A DNA stretch of 64,000 nucleotides from Candidatus Bathyarchaeota archaeon. Its GTDB lineage: Archaea > Thermoproteota > Bathyarchaeia > 40CM-2-53-6. Positions 47,821 through 58,308 of the stretch are shown piece after piece. Under the pieces are notes generated by a model. It worked only from the letters and a program-made list of their open reading frames with translations, was not told where the DNA came from and made no database searches. A program made the position numbers and the translations under genes. The first letter of the stretch is position 1. Each line of letters begins with the position of its first letter. Where the stretch lies: positions 18,776 through 82,775 of the forward strand of contig VBAW01000019.1 in the NCBI GenBank assembly GCA_005888635.1. The letters are read 5' to 3'.

Positions 47821-48759
47821 CTAGCGAGAGATGAGACCGGCTTCTTGCGTGGCTCTTTTTTCGACCTGAGACCAGGCCGTGTAGTATGCAATAGCATACG
47901 CGACGGTTGGGATAAACTGGAGAAGACGCCATGGTGCGAAGACATTCGCCAAATCAGTTAGTGCGCCCGCCGGGGTCCCCGCTCGGGAGACGACTTCTAC
48001 CGAAGCTGCTTGAATCTGCGAAACGATCACGAGCGTGACGATCACGTTGACCAAGATTCCCAGCCAATAAGCTGACCATAGGATGGTCCTTCCAGTGGCG
48101 TTCTGGAATTCATAGGTGAAGAATACCAGGCCCAATCCGACGATCGTACTGACAACCACGAGGAGTAGATCTAATGATAGGAAAGCAGAGGAAAGTAGTC
48201 TGACCGGATCCCCACCGTTGATTAGAGCCAGAGCGAAGAGCACACCTAGGATAAACGAGCCAACGAACTCTGCAACCACCCCCGCAATTACTGCTATGAA
48301 AGACCACAACGCGTATCGCTGATGCCGGGCACCTAAGGCTCGCCTACCAAGAAAAATCAGAACTCCCCCGCCAATAAGCGATAAGCCCGCGTACAATGCA
48401 ACTGCAGGGATCAGTCCGAACAAGAGTCCGACGAATATGAGGAAGAGCCCCGTCCTAGTCTTGCTGACGCTCTTATGTTTCTCCGCATCTAGACGCGCCA
48501 GCGCGTGATCTAGGGGCTGTGTGGAAAAAGGGAATGAGCCTGGATACTCTGGTATCCGAAGAGGAGCATTCGGCGAAGGCTTAACCGTTGTTGCGAGGTC
48601 GTTTCCACAGTTCGCGCAATACCGGGCCGAAGATGGATTCTCGCGGTAACATTTCGGACACTTTATCAGCGCCGACATGATCCCACTCTGAATAACTCCT
48701 GACAAGAACCTATTTGAGCCTCCAAGCCCATACGTTGGATGAATAGGATGCACGGTCAC
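47821..48759 (-). CDS. Zinc-ribbon domain membrane protein
   Basis: The N-terminal CPKCYRENPSSARYCANCG is followed by 6+ TM helices. Confidence 0.55.
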   Translation of the reverse strand: MTVHPIHPTYGLGGSNRFLSGVIQSGIMSALIKCPKCYRENPSSARYCANCGNDLATTVKPSPNAPLRIPEYPGSFPFSTQPLDHALARLDAEKHKSVSKTRTGLFLIFVGLLFGLIPAVALYAGLSLIGGGVLIFLGRRALGARHQRYALWSFIAVIAGVVAEFVGSFILGVLFALALINGGDPVRLLSSAFLSLDLLLVVVSTIVGLGLVFFTYEFQNATGRTILWSAYWLGILVNVIVTLVIVSQIQAASVEVVSRAGTPAGALTDLANVFAPWRLLQFIPTVAYAIAYYTAWSQVEKRATQEAGLISR

Positions 48760-48999
48760 ACAGCTCCTCAGGATCAGAACGCTTTAGGCCAGGCCGTCGG
48801 CTCTTCTACAACGTTCGGGCTTCTGATCAGTCCACCGCAACAAATCTACTATGACACGTGTCCGGTCTGTGGGAATCGCCAGCCTACGGGCGGAAGGTAT
48901 TGCAGCCAGTGCGGCATACGACTGCGCTGCCCATCCTGCGGTACATCCTCCTTGGGGAAGAACTACTGCCACAATTGTGGCCAAGCCCTCAAACCATAG
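48739..48999 (+). CDS. Double zinc-ribbon small protein
   Basis: CPVCGNRQPTGGRYCSQCG...CPSCGTSSLGKNYCHNCG. Confidence 0.45.
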   Translation: MNRMHGHTAPQDQNALGQAVGSSTTFGLLISPPQQIYYDTCPVCGNRQPTGGRYCSQCGIRLRCPSCGTSSLGKNYCHNCGQALKP

Positions 49000-49286
49000 G
49001 ACCTGTACGATAATATCACGTGTGTGTACTCATTCTGTCTATGTTCAGTTGTATACGTGATTCTCATATGCGACCATCAACATACTACTGGCCAGCTGTC
49101 CCCCATGCTATTTGTCCCATGAGGGATAGTAGCGGAGAGGTGAACAGCCAAAATAGCTGCGTAAAAACCGGAACCCTCAACCCTGTAGAATAGACGAATC
49201 ATTTCGTCTATGGTCAAAATGCAGAAGTGACTCTCGGATTAGACGCTCGACATGAGGCTGGGGGTCACATCTTTTTTCTCAGAAAA

Positions 49287-51605
49287 CTATCCTAATCGGC
49301 CATGTTTGTCCACTAGTTTCTGAAGAGAATTCGCAACCTTCTCCGCCTCCGGTCTACGCCCAGGATCCTTCGCCAGCATGTCCTTCAAGACCGGAATTAT
49401 TGCTGAGAATTTCGGATCAATCTTCGACACGTCTGGACTGAAGGAATCCCACGCTGACTCGAGATCATTCGCGGCCTTGTTCGAGGAAGGATTGTTTGAC
49501 AGATTATTCATCGCTTCGATCAACGTGTTGGAGTGGACCGGGGTCCGTGTCAGCATTGTGTACAGCGCCGCTCCCAATGCGTAGACATCCATGCTCGGAT
49601 CCGCCTCGTCGCCGAGAACCTGCTCACCCGGCGCATACTCCGATGTAAACTGAACCACCTTTCCACCACTCTTCACCGCACAGCCTAGGTCAGCCAGCTT
49701 GGGCACGAGCGACCCGGCGACCATCTGTTCTAGCATATCCTGTCCAGTCAATGGCGGCTTCGATGTGAACAGAACATTCTGCGGTTTGACATCAAGATGA
49801 ACGAATCCGGCTTTGTGGACCATGTCTAGTGCCTGAGCCATCATCTGGCCCAGCATCACAACAATCCCACCCCACTTCTCCGAATAGTACAAAGGCTCAT
49901 ACGCTGGATCCTCGATCAGCTTCTTCGCCGTCCCACCCTTCATGAAGTCCATAACGATCGCTGGTGGGCTGCGATAGTAGAGTGCGATATTCCCCTTGAC
50001 AATCTCCTGAACGTTCAATCGATCCACCAGCACTCCTCGGATCTGGACCACGTACTTGGATTGACCTGACAGCTCCAACAATCGAGTCGCCTCGGACATC
50101 GTCTCGTTCAACGTCGTCACCCCGGTAGTCGGCTCGTTCACGCCTCTCACCCTACTGGTCGTTTTCAGGATCGGAATCTTCAGCGCCATCTCAGTCGCCC
50201 CCTGGCCAAAAGTTGCACGGAGAACATAGCCAGTCGCACCCGTAGCAACGTGTTCTACAACTTTGTAGCCATGGATCTCCTGGTTCACCCAGACTCTCGG
50301 ATCCCACTTGTCGAGGCTCGGCAGGCCAGTCTTCGGCAATGGAGCCGAAGGCGGAGGAGGAAGCGAGATTATTGGCGGGGGACTAGGACGTTGAACGGGC
50401 GGTGGTGGAGCTGGACGTGAGACGGGAGGAGGATGCGATACTTGAGGAGTGGGACGCGCAGGTGGCGGGGGAGGTGGATGTGTGACTGGTTGGGGCTGCA
50501 CGCTGAACGAGAAGGACTCCTTGGAGGTTTGATGCGTCTTACTCGTTGCAATAATGTGCGCGTTGTAGTTACCAGGTTTTCCTGGAGCGTAAGCCGCATT
50601 GTATCTTCCAACGGAGACATGTGACAGTCTCAACTGATCACGTTTTCCCGCGGGCGTTTGTATCGATGCGTCGATTGTGGCCATGTCTCGCGGCTTGCCC
50701 TCAGACTCGGTTGCTATCTTGATCGTCTCAATATGACCTATCCTGATGGAGTGGTCTCCTGAGACCCTGATCCGTGGAGGGGCGACGGAAGGACTAGAGA
50801 TCTTCGCAGGTCCCGCGGATATTTTCGGAGGCGCAGGTGCGCCGAGCATTCTGACCGCCAGTCCAGAAGCGACTATCCCGGCGATTGCCAAGAGTGGCAG
50901 GAATCCCAGGGAGGAGAAGAAGATGTACGCGAGTTCTGGACTAGGAGATGTGATGTAGAGATAGCCGATTACGGCGTTGTAGGAGAAGAAGGCTGGCGGC
51001 ATTACTGCCATTGAGAATCTCTTGGTCTGCCAGAATTTGTCTAAGAAGAATAGAAGACCCATCTGGAGAGAGTTCGCGGCAAGGCCTAGGCCAATGAAGA
51101 ACGAAGCGGAGAATAGCGAGGATCCGATCAGGTTCGAGCCCGTGCTTTTCGAGGCTCCAACGACAAGCCCGATACCTGTTGCAAGGGTCGCAAGAACCAT
51201 CTGCTTAGGGACCCGATAACGTTCCTTCTTCGAGAAGAGGATCGTCGACAGGAAGACCCCTGCTGCGGGTGGCAGGGCAACGAAGAGGAAAGTGAATTCT
51301 CCCGCTGATGAGATCTGGGATGAGAAGGCTGAGTTCTGGAGAATGTAGGACAGGGTCAGGAGTGTAGCTGCGAAACCGAGAATGGATCTGAGGAATCCAG
51401 TTTTCAGATCGAGAGCCGTCAGAAGCCCGAAGCTAACAACAGTGATCGCATAGGTCAGAGTATCCCCCTGAAACCCGAGTGCGAATGCGAAGCCGAGGGG
51501 AAGTGAGAGGACTGTGACGAGTGATGGCGCGAAGAAGCCTGTCGGGGCTGGAAGACCGTGATGTGGCTTAGCTAGGACGGACGCCTGGGGCTGTTTTCCT
51601 CCCAC
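49287..51605 (-). CDS. Membrane-anchored Hanks-type Ser/Thr protein kinase
   Basis: An N-terminal polytopic region and a Pro-rich linker precede a C-terminal kinase domain. The domain has the catalytic loop HLDVKPQN, DLG (DFG-like), APE-like SEYAPGE and the Lys motif ALKIP. Confidence 0.85.
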   Translation of the reverse strand: MGGKQPQASVLAKPHHGLPAPTGFFAPSLVTVLSLPLGFAFALGFQGDTLTYAITVVSFGLLTALDLKTGFLRSILGFAATLLTLSYILQNSAFSSQISSAGEFTFLFVALPPAAGVFLSTILFSKKERYRVPKQMVLATLATGIGLVVGASKSTGSNLIGSSLFSASFFIGLGLAANSLQMGLLFFLDKFWQTKRFSMAVMPPAFFSYNAVIGYLYITSPSPELAYIFFSSLGFLPLLAIAGIVASGLAVRMLGAPAPPKISAGPAKISSPSVAPPRIRVSGDHSIRIGHIETIKIATESEGKPRDMATIDASIQTPAGKRDQLRLSHVSVGRYNAAYAPGKPGNYNAHIIATSKTHQTSKESFSFSVQPQPVTHPPPPPPARPTPQVSHPPPVSRPAPPPPVQRPSPPPIISLPPPPSAPLPKTGLPSLDKWDPRVWVNQEIHGYKVVEHVATGATGYVLRATFGQGATEMALKIPILKTTSRVRGVNEPTTGVTTLNETMSEATRLLELSGQSKYVVQIRGVLVDRLNVQEIVKGNIALYYRSPPAIVMDFMKGGTAKKLIEDPAYEPLYYSEKWGGIVVMLGQMMAQALDMVHKAGFVHLDVKPQNVLFTSKPPLTGQDMLEQMVAGSLVPKLADLGCAVKSGGKVVQFTSEYAPGEQVLGDEADPSMDVYALGAALYTMLTRTPVHSNTLIEAMNNLSNNPSSNKAANDLESAWDSFSPDVSKIDPKFSAIIPVLKDMLAKDPGRRPEAEKVANSLQKLVDKHGRLG

Positions 51606-51756
51606 CGCAATCCACCATTAATCATCCGGCAATAGTTGTCAGAGAATCCTCTCTACCGTCTCTCGACGTGAGGGGAGAACCGCGACCCAAAACGAAAATG
51701 TCTCTAGTGACGGTGACCCTCGGTACTGTCAGAGATTAAACTGTGTCCATCAACCA

Positions 51757-52689
51757 ATGACCAGTTGTTCCATGAAACTCCGTCATTCCAAGCCCGCCAC
51801 CGATGAGGACGAAATAGAGACTGGAACCAGTACTGAGGCACCCACGTCGCAGACAGCTGCGACCGGGAACTGGAAGTGCCCATCGTGCGGCGCCGAAAAC
51901 GAGGATTACCGAACATTCTGCGACGGCTGCGGAGACAAGAGACCCGGAGCCAAAGTCGCATCCAAAGGCATCGACATGGCCAGCCTACTCGGCTCCTCAG
52001 AATCATCCGACAACACAACAGCCAAGGACGACACATCCCCCAAAGACGACAGATCGTCCAGCTGGGAAGACTCTCCCAAGAAAGAGAAGAGCAAGAAGAG
52101 TAAGAAGAACAAGAAAGCCGACGAAGAAGAGGCCGAACCGCTCAAAGCAGAACCTCTCGAACCGGAAAAGATCGAACCCCCAGAGAGCATTACGCCCAGC
52201 GACGATTTCGGATCCCAGAAGCCCTCATTCGTGCTCACTGGGCCATCGGCAGAGCCTGAACCTGATGATAGCCAGGCAGCAGCACCATCACCGCCGACCT
52301 TCCCGTCCAGCTTCCAGTCGAGCTTCCAGCAGACATCCCAGCCAAGCTCAGCCCCAGCCGGATCGCACTATTACTTGGTCTTCGTCAACACACCAGCGTC
52401 ATCCCTCATCAAGACCAAGGTCAGCATCGACTTCGACGACTTCCCCACCATAACCATCGGGAGAAGCCCCGAGAATGTGGTGGTAATTCCCGACCAGGAA
52501 GTGTCACGGAAGCACGCCTCGCTCAGCTTCAGCGGCAGCAAGCTCATGCTGAAGGACCTGGGAAGCCTCAACGGCACATTCCTCTACGATGGCAAAGAGT
52601 TCCAGCGAGTCAGCGATAGTGTCGAAGTCAAGCCGAATAACGTTTTGAAGTTCGGCACAGGCACTATCGTGAAGCTCGTGAGTGAATGA
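51757..52689 (+). CDS. Zinc-ribbon plus FHA domain protein (ArnA-like)
   Basis: N-terminal WKCPSCGAENEDYRTFCDGCG, an acidic Ser-rich linker, and a C-terminal FHA domain (ITIGRSPENVVVIPDQEVSRKHASLSF...LKDLGSLNGTFL). Confidence 0.8.
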   Translation: MTSCSMKLRHSKPATDEDEIETGTSTEAPTSQTAATGNWKCPSCGAENEDYRTFCDGCGDKRPGAKVASKGIDMASLLGSSESSDNTTAKDDTSPKDDRSSSWEDSPKKEKSKKSKKNKKADEEEAEPLKAEPLEPEKIEPPESITPSDDFGSQKPSFVLTGPSAEPEPDDSQAAAPSPPTFPSSFQSSFQQTSQPSSAPAGSHYYLVFVNTPASSLIKTKVSIDFDDFPTITIGRSPENVVVIPDQEVSRKHASLSFSGSKLMLKDLGSLNGTFLYDGKEFQRVSDSVEVKPNNVLKFGTGTIVKLVSE

Positions 52690-53471
52690 TTGAAGCCGCA
52701 GAGGCGCTCCGGGTGATCGGTGAAGCCCTGGCAGAGCTCGCTGGACCCCTACTCAACCCGAGATATGAGGACAGAGTGATCTTCGTTGGAGACACGCACG
52801 GGGCAATAGACGTGACACAGACCGTCATTGACAAATTCTTTGACGACGCAGATCTCATCGTCTTCCTAGGCGACTATGTTGACAGGGGAAACAAGAGCTT
52901 AGAGAATCTCGGGCTAATCGCTTCAACACTCCTAGAAGACCCTCACCGAACAATAATGCTCCGAGGGAATCACGAAAGCCCGCTGACAAATCCCTACTAC
53001 GGATTCACTGACGAGGTGACGGAGAAACTTGGCGAGGGTAGCTACGAGAAATTCAAGGAGTTTTTCCAGGCAATGCCCTATGCGGTTGTTGTAAACGATT
53101 ACCTTTGTCTTCATGGTGGAATTGCGAAAGGCATGGAGCACGTGTCGGAGATCGCCTCGCTTCCCTGGCCTGACTTGAACCCTGATGATCCGATAGCCTT
53201 CCAGCTTTTGTGGAACGATCCGAGAGACGTGATTGACGAGTTCGTTCCTAGCGTCCGCGGTAAAGGAGCCTTCTACTACGGCACCGAAGCGACCAAGACA
53301 TTCTTGGAAAACAACTCGCTCAAAGGAATCATCCGTGGACACGAGGTCGTTGATGGTTTCAGAGAAGATATGGGTGGCCGAGTCATGACCGTCTTCTCCA
53401 GCAGATACCACGGCGGCAAAGCGGGAGTCCTAGTACTCGACAAGGGCAAGATGGAGAGAATAACAGTATGA
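52686..53471 (+). CDS. PPP-family Ser/Thr protein phosphatase (calcineurin-like metallophosphoesterase)
   Basis: GDTHG, GDYVDRG and LRGNHE motifs are present. The gene has ATGA overlaps with both neighbours. Confidence 0.85.
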   Translation: MIEAAEALRVIGEALAELAGPLLNPRYEDRVIFVGDTHGAIDVTQTVIDKFFDDADLIVFLGDYVDRGNKSLENLGLIASTLLEDPHRTIMLRGNHESPLTNPYYGFTDEVTEKLGEGSYEKFKEFFQAMPYAVVVNDYLCLHGGIAKGMEHVSEIASLPWPDLNPDDPIAFQLLWNDPRDVIDEFVPSVRGKGAFYYGTEATKTFLENNSLKGIIRGHEVVDGFREDMGGRVMTVFSSRYHGGKAGVLVLDKGKMERITV

Positions 53472-54601
53472 CCCTATCTGTAAGAACCGAGCTAAGCCAC
53501 TCCTACTCGTACGACTCGAAGGTTGATGCCGTCTTCAAGATCACGCTCGTCGCCGAGAAACAGGCCGAGGCGAAAGGATTCCAGCACATCATCGTCCTCG
53601 ACACCAGCCACTCAATGGCGGGAAAGAAGCTCGAACTCGCCAAGAAGGGAGCCCAGGAATACTGGAGCAGAATCCCTACTGGAAACAAGGTCTCATTCAT
53701 CACTTTCTCAGACTCAGTCCACACTTATCCCGACACCAACCTTTCCACCACCCTCCCGGGAATCAAAGCAACAGGCATGACCGCGCTCTACTCCGCACTC
53801 ACGACCGCGTTCGACATGGCCGCAAAAAGCGGCGCTTCTGGCTGGATTCTACTCCTTACAGATGGGCATCCAACTGACGTGACGAAACCTGAACCCTACT
53901 CGGCGTTGAAGACTCCACAGGGTTTCAAGATGATCGAGTTCGGAATTGGAGAGGACTATCGCGAAGACATTCTCAAAGCCCTAGCAGATGCTTCTGGAGG
54001 AGTCCTCTACCACGTCACCGACGCCGACAAGCTACCCGTCGTTATGCAAGAGAACGCTGTAAGCCAAGTTGCGGGACGAAACATCACGGTAGACTTTGAA
54101 CCCTCGGATGTTCGGATCCTCAACTATCCCGGCCCCCCAGTCAAGATCAATGCTCTAGAAAATATTGCAAAAATCTGGGGCCAAGTAACCATGCCAGAGG
54201 GCTTCAAGGGTCAGCTACTAAACGTCCAAGTCTCCTACGGCGACGCGGTCGACGGGTCCAAGCAAACCATCAACTCATCTGCAAACATTCGACCGGCAAA
54301 AAGTGACGAAGAGTACACTCAGGGAATACGCAACAGTCTCATGGCAGAATTCGCCTACTACCAGGGACTGGAAGAGTACTACAAGCAACTCTCCGCCGGA
54401 AAGTTCAAGGAGGCTACGAAGACAATGACCCAATTATCGTCTAACGCGGGACAAACCCAGCGCGCGGACATCATCGAGTCCACGAAACGACTCTCCGAGC
54501 AGCATGAGCAGACGCTGCGACTTGGAGGAGGCACCGAGAACACGAATCGACTATTGAAAGAAGCAGCAAGCGAATCCACCAAGAGAACCCGCGGCAAGTA
54601 A
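53468..54601 (+). CDS. von Willebrand factor A domain protein (ArnB-like)
   Basis: MIDAS DTSHSM (DxSxS) and a downstream Thr/Asp are present, followed by a C-terminal helical region. Confidence 0.8.
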   Translation: MTLSVRTELSHSYSYDSKVDAVFKITLVAEKQAEAKGFQHIIVLDTSHSMAGKKLELAKKGAQEYWSRIPTGNKVSFITFSDSVHTYPDTNLSTTLPGIKATGMTALYSALTTAFDMAAKSGASGWILLLTDGHPTDVTKPEPYSALKTPQGFKMIEFGIGEDYREDILKALADASGGVLYHVTDADKLPVVMQENAVSQVAGRNITVDFEPSDVRILNYPGPPVKINALENIAKIWGQVTMPEGFKGQLLNVQVSYGDAVDGSKQTINSSANIRPAKSDEEYTQGIRNSLMAEFAYYQGLEEYYKQLSAGKFKEATKTMTQLSSNAGQTQRADIIESTKRLSEQHEQTLRLGGGTENTNRLLKEAASESTKRTRGK

Positions 54602-54770
54602 AACACAGTAGCAACCCCTCAGAAACTCTACACCTCCACCGATACAGCCCCCCGTGCAATGGGCATCCTTGGACTATCTGAACCGGGTTTACACGTGATG
54701 CAAAACACGTCTACTGTGCGGTATCCTACACGTCCACCTTATTTTTCCACAGCCAATAGTATGAGTCGAC

Positions 54771-55025
54771 ATGGCAGCGGCGAGAGAGATCCGATTGAGA
54801 TCAAGATCCAGTAAGTTCATGCAGTCGCTCGAAGCAGATGCTTTTGCTCGACTGAGAAAGCTAGCCCGCGAAAGGGGAATTACAACCCAAGAGCTCATCA
54901 GAGCGGTAATTATCCCGGACTGGATGGAAACTGAGAATTCGGCTCCAGGCCTACGTCTGTCAAGACCGAGAGCCATTTGCAGGTTCCGAACGTATAGCAG
55001 CCGGTTAACGAGTAGGACAGCCTAA
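54771..55025 (+). CDS. Small ribbon-helix-helix (CopG-like) protein, paralogue of 2230..2481
   Basis: ITTQELIRAVIIPDWMETEN. Confidence 0.45.
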   Translation: MAAAREIRLRSRSSKFMQSLEADAFARLRKLARERGITTQELIRAVIIPDWMETENSAPGLRLSRPRAICRFRTYSSRLTSRTA

Positions 55026-55031
55026 GCCCGC

Positions 55032-55985
55032 TTAGAGCGGGACCTCGATCATCAGTTTCTCCAACAATTCCTTGTAGCGGTTGCGTATAGTGACCTCGGT
55101 CACATTAGCGATCTCTGCAATCTCTCGCTGAGTCTTGCGCTCATTCGTCAAGACCGTTGCAATATACGTAGACGCGGCCGCAATACCCGCCGGACCCCGA
55201 CCACTAGTCAGTTTCATCTGTCGAGCAATCTCTAGAATGCGGATAGCGATCCCTTCCGCTTTTCCAGAAATCACCAGGCGATTGGAGAAACGGGCCGCAT
55301 AGCTCCGGTTAGCCGAGGGAGGCACGAACATTCCGAGCTCGCGAAGCATGAATCTGTAGCTCCGGCCGATATCCTTCTTGTTCAACGTTGACACAGACGC
55401 AATCTCGTCCAGCGTCCTCGGGACACCGCACTGGCGACAGGACATGTAGATGGCCGCCGCGGTCACGTTGTGAATTGACCGGCCCCGAATCAGTCTCTTC
55501 TTGATCGCTCGCCGGTAGATGACGGAGGCGGTCTCCAGAATATTCTTCGGCAATGTCAGAGCTGCCGACAGTTTACTCAGTTCCGAGAGTGCAACTGCAA
55601 GATTCCTCTCGGTCGCGTCGGAGACTCGGACCCGGCGCTGCCATTTCCGCAGCTTGTACAACTCGATCCGCTGGTCAGCGCTAACGCTCTTCGTCCCAGA
55701 AGGGCGATCCCTCCAGTCAATGATGGTGGACAGACCCTTATCATGAATGGTGAACGTCATAGGAGCCCCTGTCCGGGCTCGCTTAGCCCGTTGCTCATCA
55801 TCGAAAGCGCGCCACTCGGGCCTCGAATCAGCAATCTTGTCAGTGACCACGAAACCGCAGGTCATGCAGACAACCTCGGCTGTATCATAGTCGCGGATGA
55901 GCTTCGAACCTTTACACTCAGGACACAGTCGAGCAGGTCTAGGACCCGTCGGGATTCTCGGTACCTGTTCGAGTGTCTCAGTCAA
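55032..55985 (-). CDS. tfb: Transcription initiation factor IIB (TFB)
   Basis: N-terminal zinc ribbon CPECKGS...CMTCGFVV, B-reader/linker, and two cyclin-fold repeats. 317 aa. Confidence 0.95.
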   Translation of the reverse strand: MTETLEQVPRIPTGPRPARLCPECKGSKLIRDYDTAEVVCMTCGFVVTDKIADSRPEWRAFDDEQRAKRARTGAPMTFTIHDKGLSTIIDWRDRPSGTKSVSADQRIELYKLRKWQRRVRVSDATERNLAVALSELSKLSAALTLPKNILETASVIYRRAIKKRLIRGRSIHNVTAAAIYMSCRQCGVPRTLDEIASVSTLNKKDIGRSYRFMLRELGMFVPPSANRSYAARFSNRLVISGKAEGIAIRILEIARQMKLTSGRGPAGIAAASTYIATVLTNERKTQREIAEIANVTEVTIRNRYKELLEKLMIEVPL

Positions 55986-56003
55986 GTTTTCTTTTTGATG
56001 CTC

Positions 56004-56255
56004 CTAATCCTTCTCGACCTGGTATAGGACCCGGCCGACAAGTGCGCTATCAACATTCGAGACGGGCTTTATCGAGATGTATGGGGTCTTCACTGGACCC
56101 AGAATGTTATTGACCACACCAACGCTGCGGATTTTGTAATCGCAGACTTGTGCGCCGATTATTGGTACTGGATACTGCTCGAGTCGAAGGAGAAGATTGC
56201 CACTCTTTGACAGGTGCAGTACTTTGCCAAGCCGCCTCAATCCCGCACCTGGCAC
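56004..56255 (-). CDS. gar1: H/ACA ribonucleoprotein component Gar1
   Basis: The LGKVLHLSKSGNLLLR...PIIGAQVCDYKIRSVGVVNNILGPVKTPYISIKP pattern matches Gar1. The conserved gar1-tfb neighbourhood supports the call. Confidence 0.8.
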   Translation of the reverse strand: MPGAGLRRLGKVLHLSKSGNLLLRLEQYPVPIIGAQVCDYKIRSVGVVNNILGPVKTPYISIKPVSNVDSALVGRVLYQVEKD

Positions 56256-56395
56256 ACTCCGGAACGCGATAAACTCCCGATCGGCTATTTAAACAATCCG
56301 GATTTGACAAGAACTTGTAATTTTCTAAACGATAGCTCAAATGTTGATTAGACCCCGGCGATCTAATAGTTCCAAGCATCAGGTCTAGTGAGAGA

Positions 56396-58306
56396 TTGAT
56401 CCGGGAAGTACAGCTCACCAACTTCATGAGCTACAAAAACGCAAGCATCCCACTAGAGCCTGGCCTAAATCTTATTGTCGGACCAAACGGCGCGGGAAAA
56501 TCCTCCATCCTCCTCGGAATATCCGTAGTACTGGGACAAGCCTACACGGAGAGATCGAGAAAGCTCAGCGAACTAATCCGATGGGGCGAAGACCAAGCCC
56601 GAATCTCAGTCCTACTAGACAACGAATCGGAGAAGGGTTCGAGACCCTTCCCGCAAGCCCGAAGCGACAAGATCCTACTCACTCGCATCCTGAAACGCTC
56701 CGGCGACTACCATTACCTCCTCAACAACAAGCCCGTCTCCAAGACCAGTCTTATTGAGGGATTATCGAAGATCGGGCTCAATCCTGACAATATGCTGGTG
56801 ATAATGCACCAGCTAATGGTTGGACGCTTCGGAACAGTTAGCCCAATAGAGAAACTACTACTTCTAGAAGACGCGGTCGGATTCGGGTCGTACCGAAAGG
56901 AAGTCGTAGAAGCCAGCGACCGACTACAGAAGCTAACGACTGAACGAGAAACAATGTCCTCCGTCATAGAAGGGACGAGAGAGACCTACCTCCACTGGCA
57001 GAGAGAATACGAGAAGTACGAGACTAAGAAGAAACTGGAGCAACAGCTCAAAGATCTACAGAGAGAACTCACTTGGCGCAGAATCCTCAGAAAAGAAACG
57101 TCCCAGAAACGACTCCAAGACAGAATATCCTCCCTCCAGACAAAATCAGAAGACGCGAAAGACGAACTAGACTCGGCCCAACATGAACACCTCAAACTCT
57201 CTAGCGAACTTGACCGAGTAAACCAAGAGCTTGAAACGTTCAGAGAAGAACACCTGAAACTGGAGCATAGTCGCGGATTCCGCTCAGGCTCGCTTGAATG
57301 GATAGCGAGATTCAGGGATCTAGTTACACCCGGAGCTGAACAGAATGATCAACTAAGACAGACACTAGCGGAGCTCAATCAGGAACATGAGAAAATAGCC
57401 AATACAGCACAACTGGACGAAACAGAATACGTCAGGGTCCGCTCAAAGATCGCCGAACTGTCAGGACATCTTACGAAGAGCACGGATCTTCTTGTTGAAT
57501 CGAAGGTCAGGTCCGAAGTCAACAGCTTCAAGCTTTCAATGATGGCTCAAGAAATCCAAGAACTCGAAGTCCAACTAAGACTTGGCGAAGAGGAACTTGC
57601 ACCCCTGCGAACCCAGGCCCTCCAACTGGGACCAGCATTCGAAAACCCAAGGGATCTACATGATGTAACGCTTGAGACGGCGGCCGTTCAGGAAAGGATC
57701 CGTCCCCTCGCGCACTTGTCAGCCGATGTGGAGAAGATGTTCAAGACATACGGCGACATGTACGAGGATCTGAGGAAGAAAGCGGAGGTTGTAGAACAGA
57801 ACAGGTCTGAGGTCCTAGGAGAACTTCAGGGACGGTTTGACCGCTGGAAAACGGTCATGGGGAAACTCCTCGAAGACCTTTCGTCGCGATATGGCAATTT
57901 GCTCGATGAGGTCGGAGGCAAAGGAAGAATCGACCTCAAGTCCTCAAAGAACATCGAGAAAGCGGGCCTCGAACTCTACGCGGGCTTCAAGGGAAACGAA
58001 CCGGTATCGTTAGACAGTCTCGCACCCAGCGGTGGAGAACGAACTGTCGCCTTGATCGCGTTCCTCCTATCCCTGCAACAATTCATCTCATCACCCTTCC
58101 GAGCAATCGATGAATTTGATGTTCACATGGATCCGAAAAATAGAGAGACGGTATCTCGACTCATCTACGCAGCCTCAAAGACGACGGATAGTAGCCAGTA
58201 CATCGCTATAACGCCTGGACAATTGTCGCTGCCCAGTGAAGACCAAGTCCACGTGGTTGTGGTCCAGAATGTTGAAGGCAGCTCGATGGTAAAGGAGCTG
58301 AAGTAG
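56396..58306 (+). CDS. SMC/Rad50-family ATPase with short coiled-coil arms (mini-SMC-like)
   Basis: Walker A GPNGAGKSS at the N-terminus, about 300 aa of coiled coil, signature LSGGERTVALIAFLLSLQ, and Walker B AIDEFDVHMD. Only 636 aa; TTG start. Confidence 0.85.
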   Translation: MIREVQLTNFMSYKNASIPLEPGLNLIVGPNGAGKSSILLGISVVLGQAYTERSRKLSELIRWGEDQARISVLLDNESEKGSRPFPQARSDKILLTRILKRSGDYHYLLNNKPVSKTSLIEGLSKIGLNPDNMLVIMHQLMVGRFGTVSPIEKLLLLEDAVGFGSYRKEVVEASDRLQKLTTERETMSSVIEGTRETYLHWQREYEKYETKKKLEQQLKDLQRELTWRRILRKETSQKRLQDRISSLQTKSEDAKDELDSAQHEHLKLSSELDRVNQELETFREEHLKLEHSRGFRSGSLEWIARFRDLVTPGAEQNDQLRQTLAELNQEHEKIANTAQLDETEYVRVRSKIAELSGHLTKSTDLLVESKVRSEVNSFKLSMMAQEIQELEVQLRLGEEELAPLRTQALQLGPAFENPRDLHDVTLETAAVQERIRPLAHLSADVEKMFKTYGDMYEDLRKKAEVVEQNRSEVLGELQGRFDRWKTVMGKLLEDLSSRYGNLLDEVGGKGRIDLKSSKNIEKAGLELYAGFKGNEPVSLDSLAPSGGERTVALIAFLLSLQQFISSPFRAIDEFDVHMDPKNRETVSRLIYAASKTTDSSQYIAITPGQLSLPSEDQVHVVVVQNVEGSSMVKELK

Positions 58307-58308
58307 AG

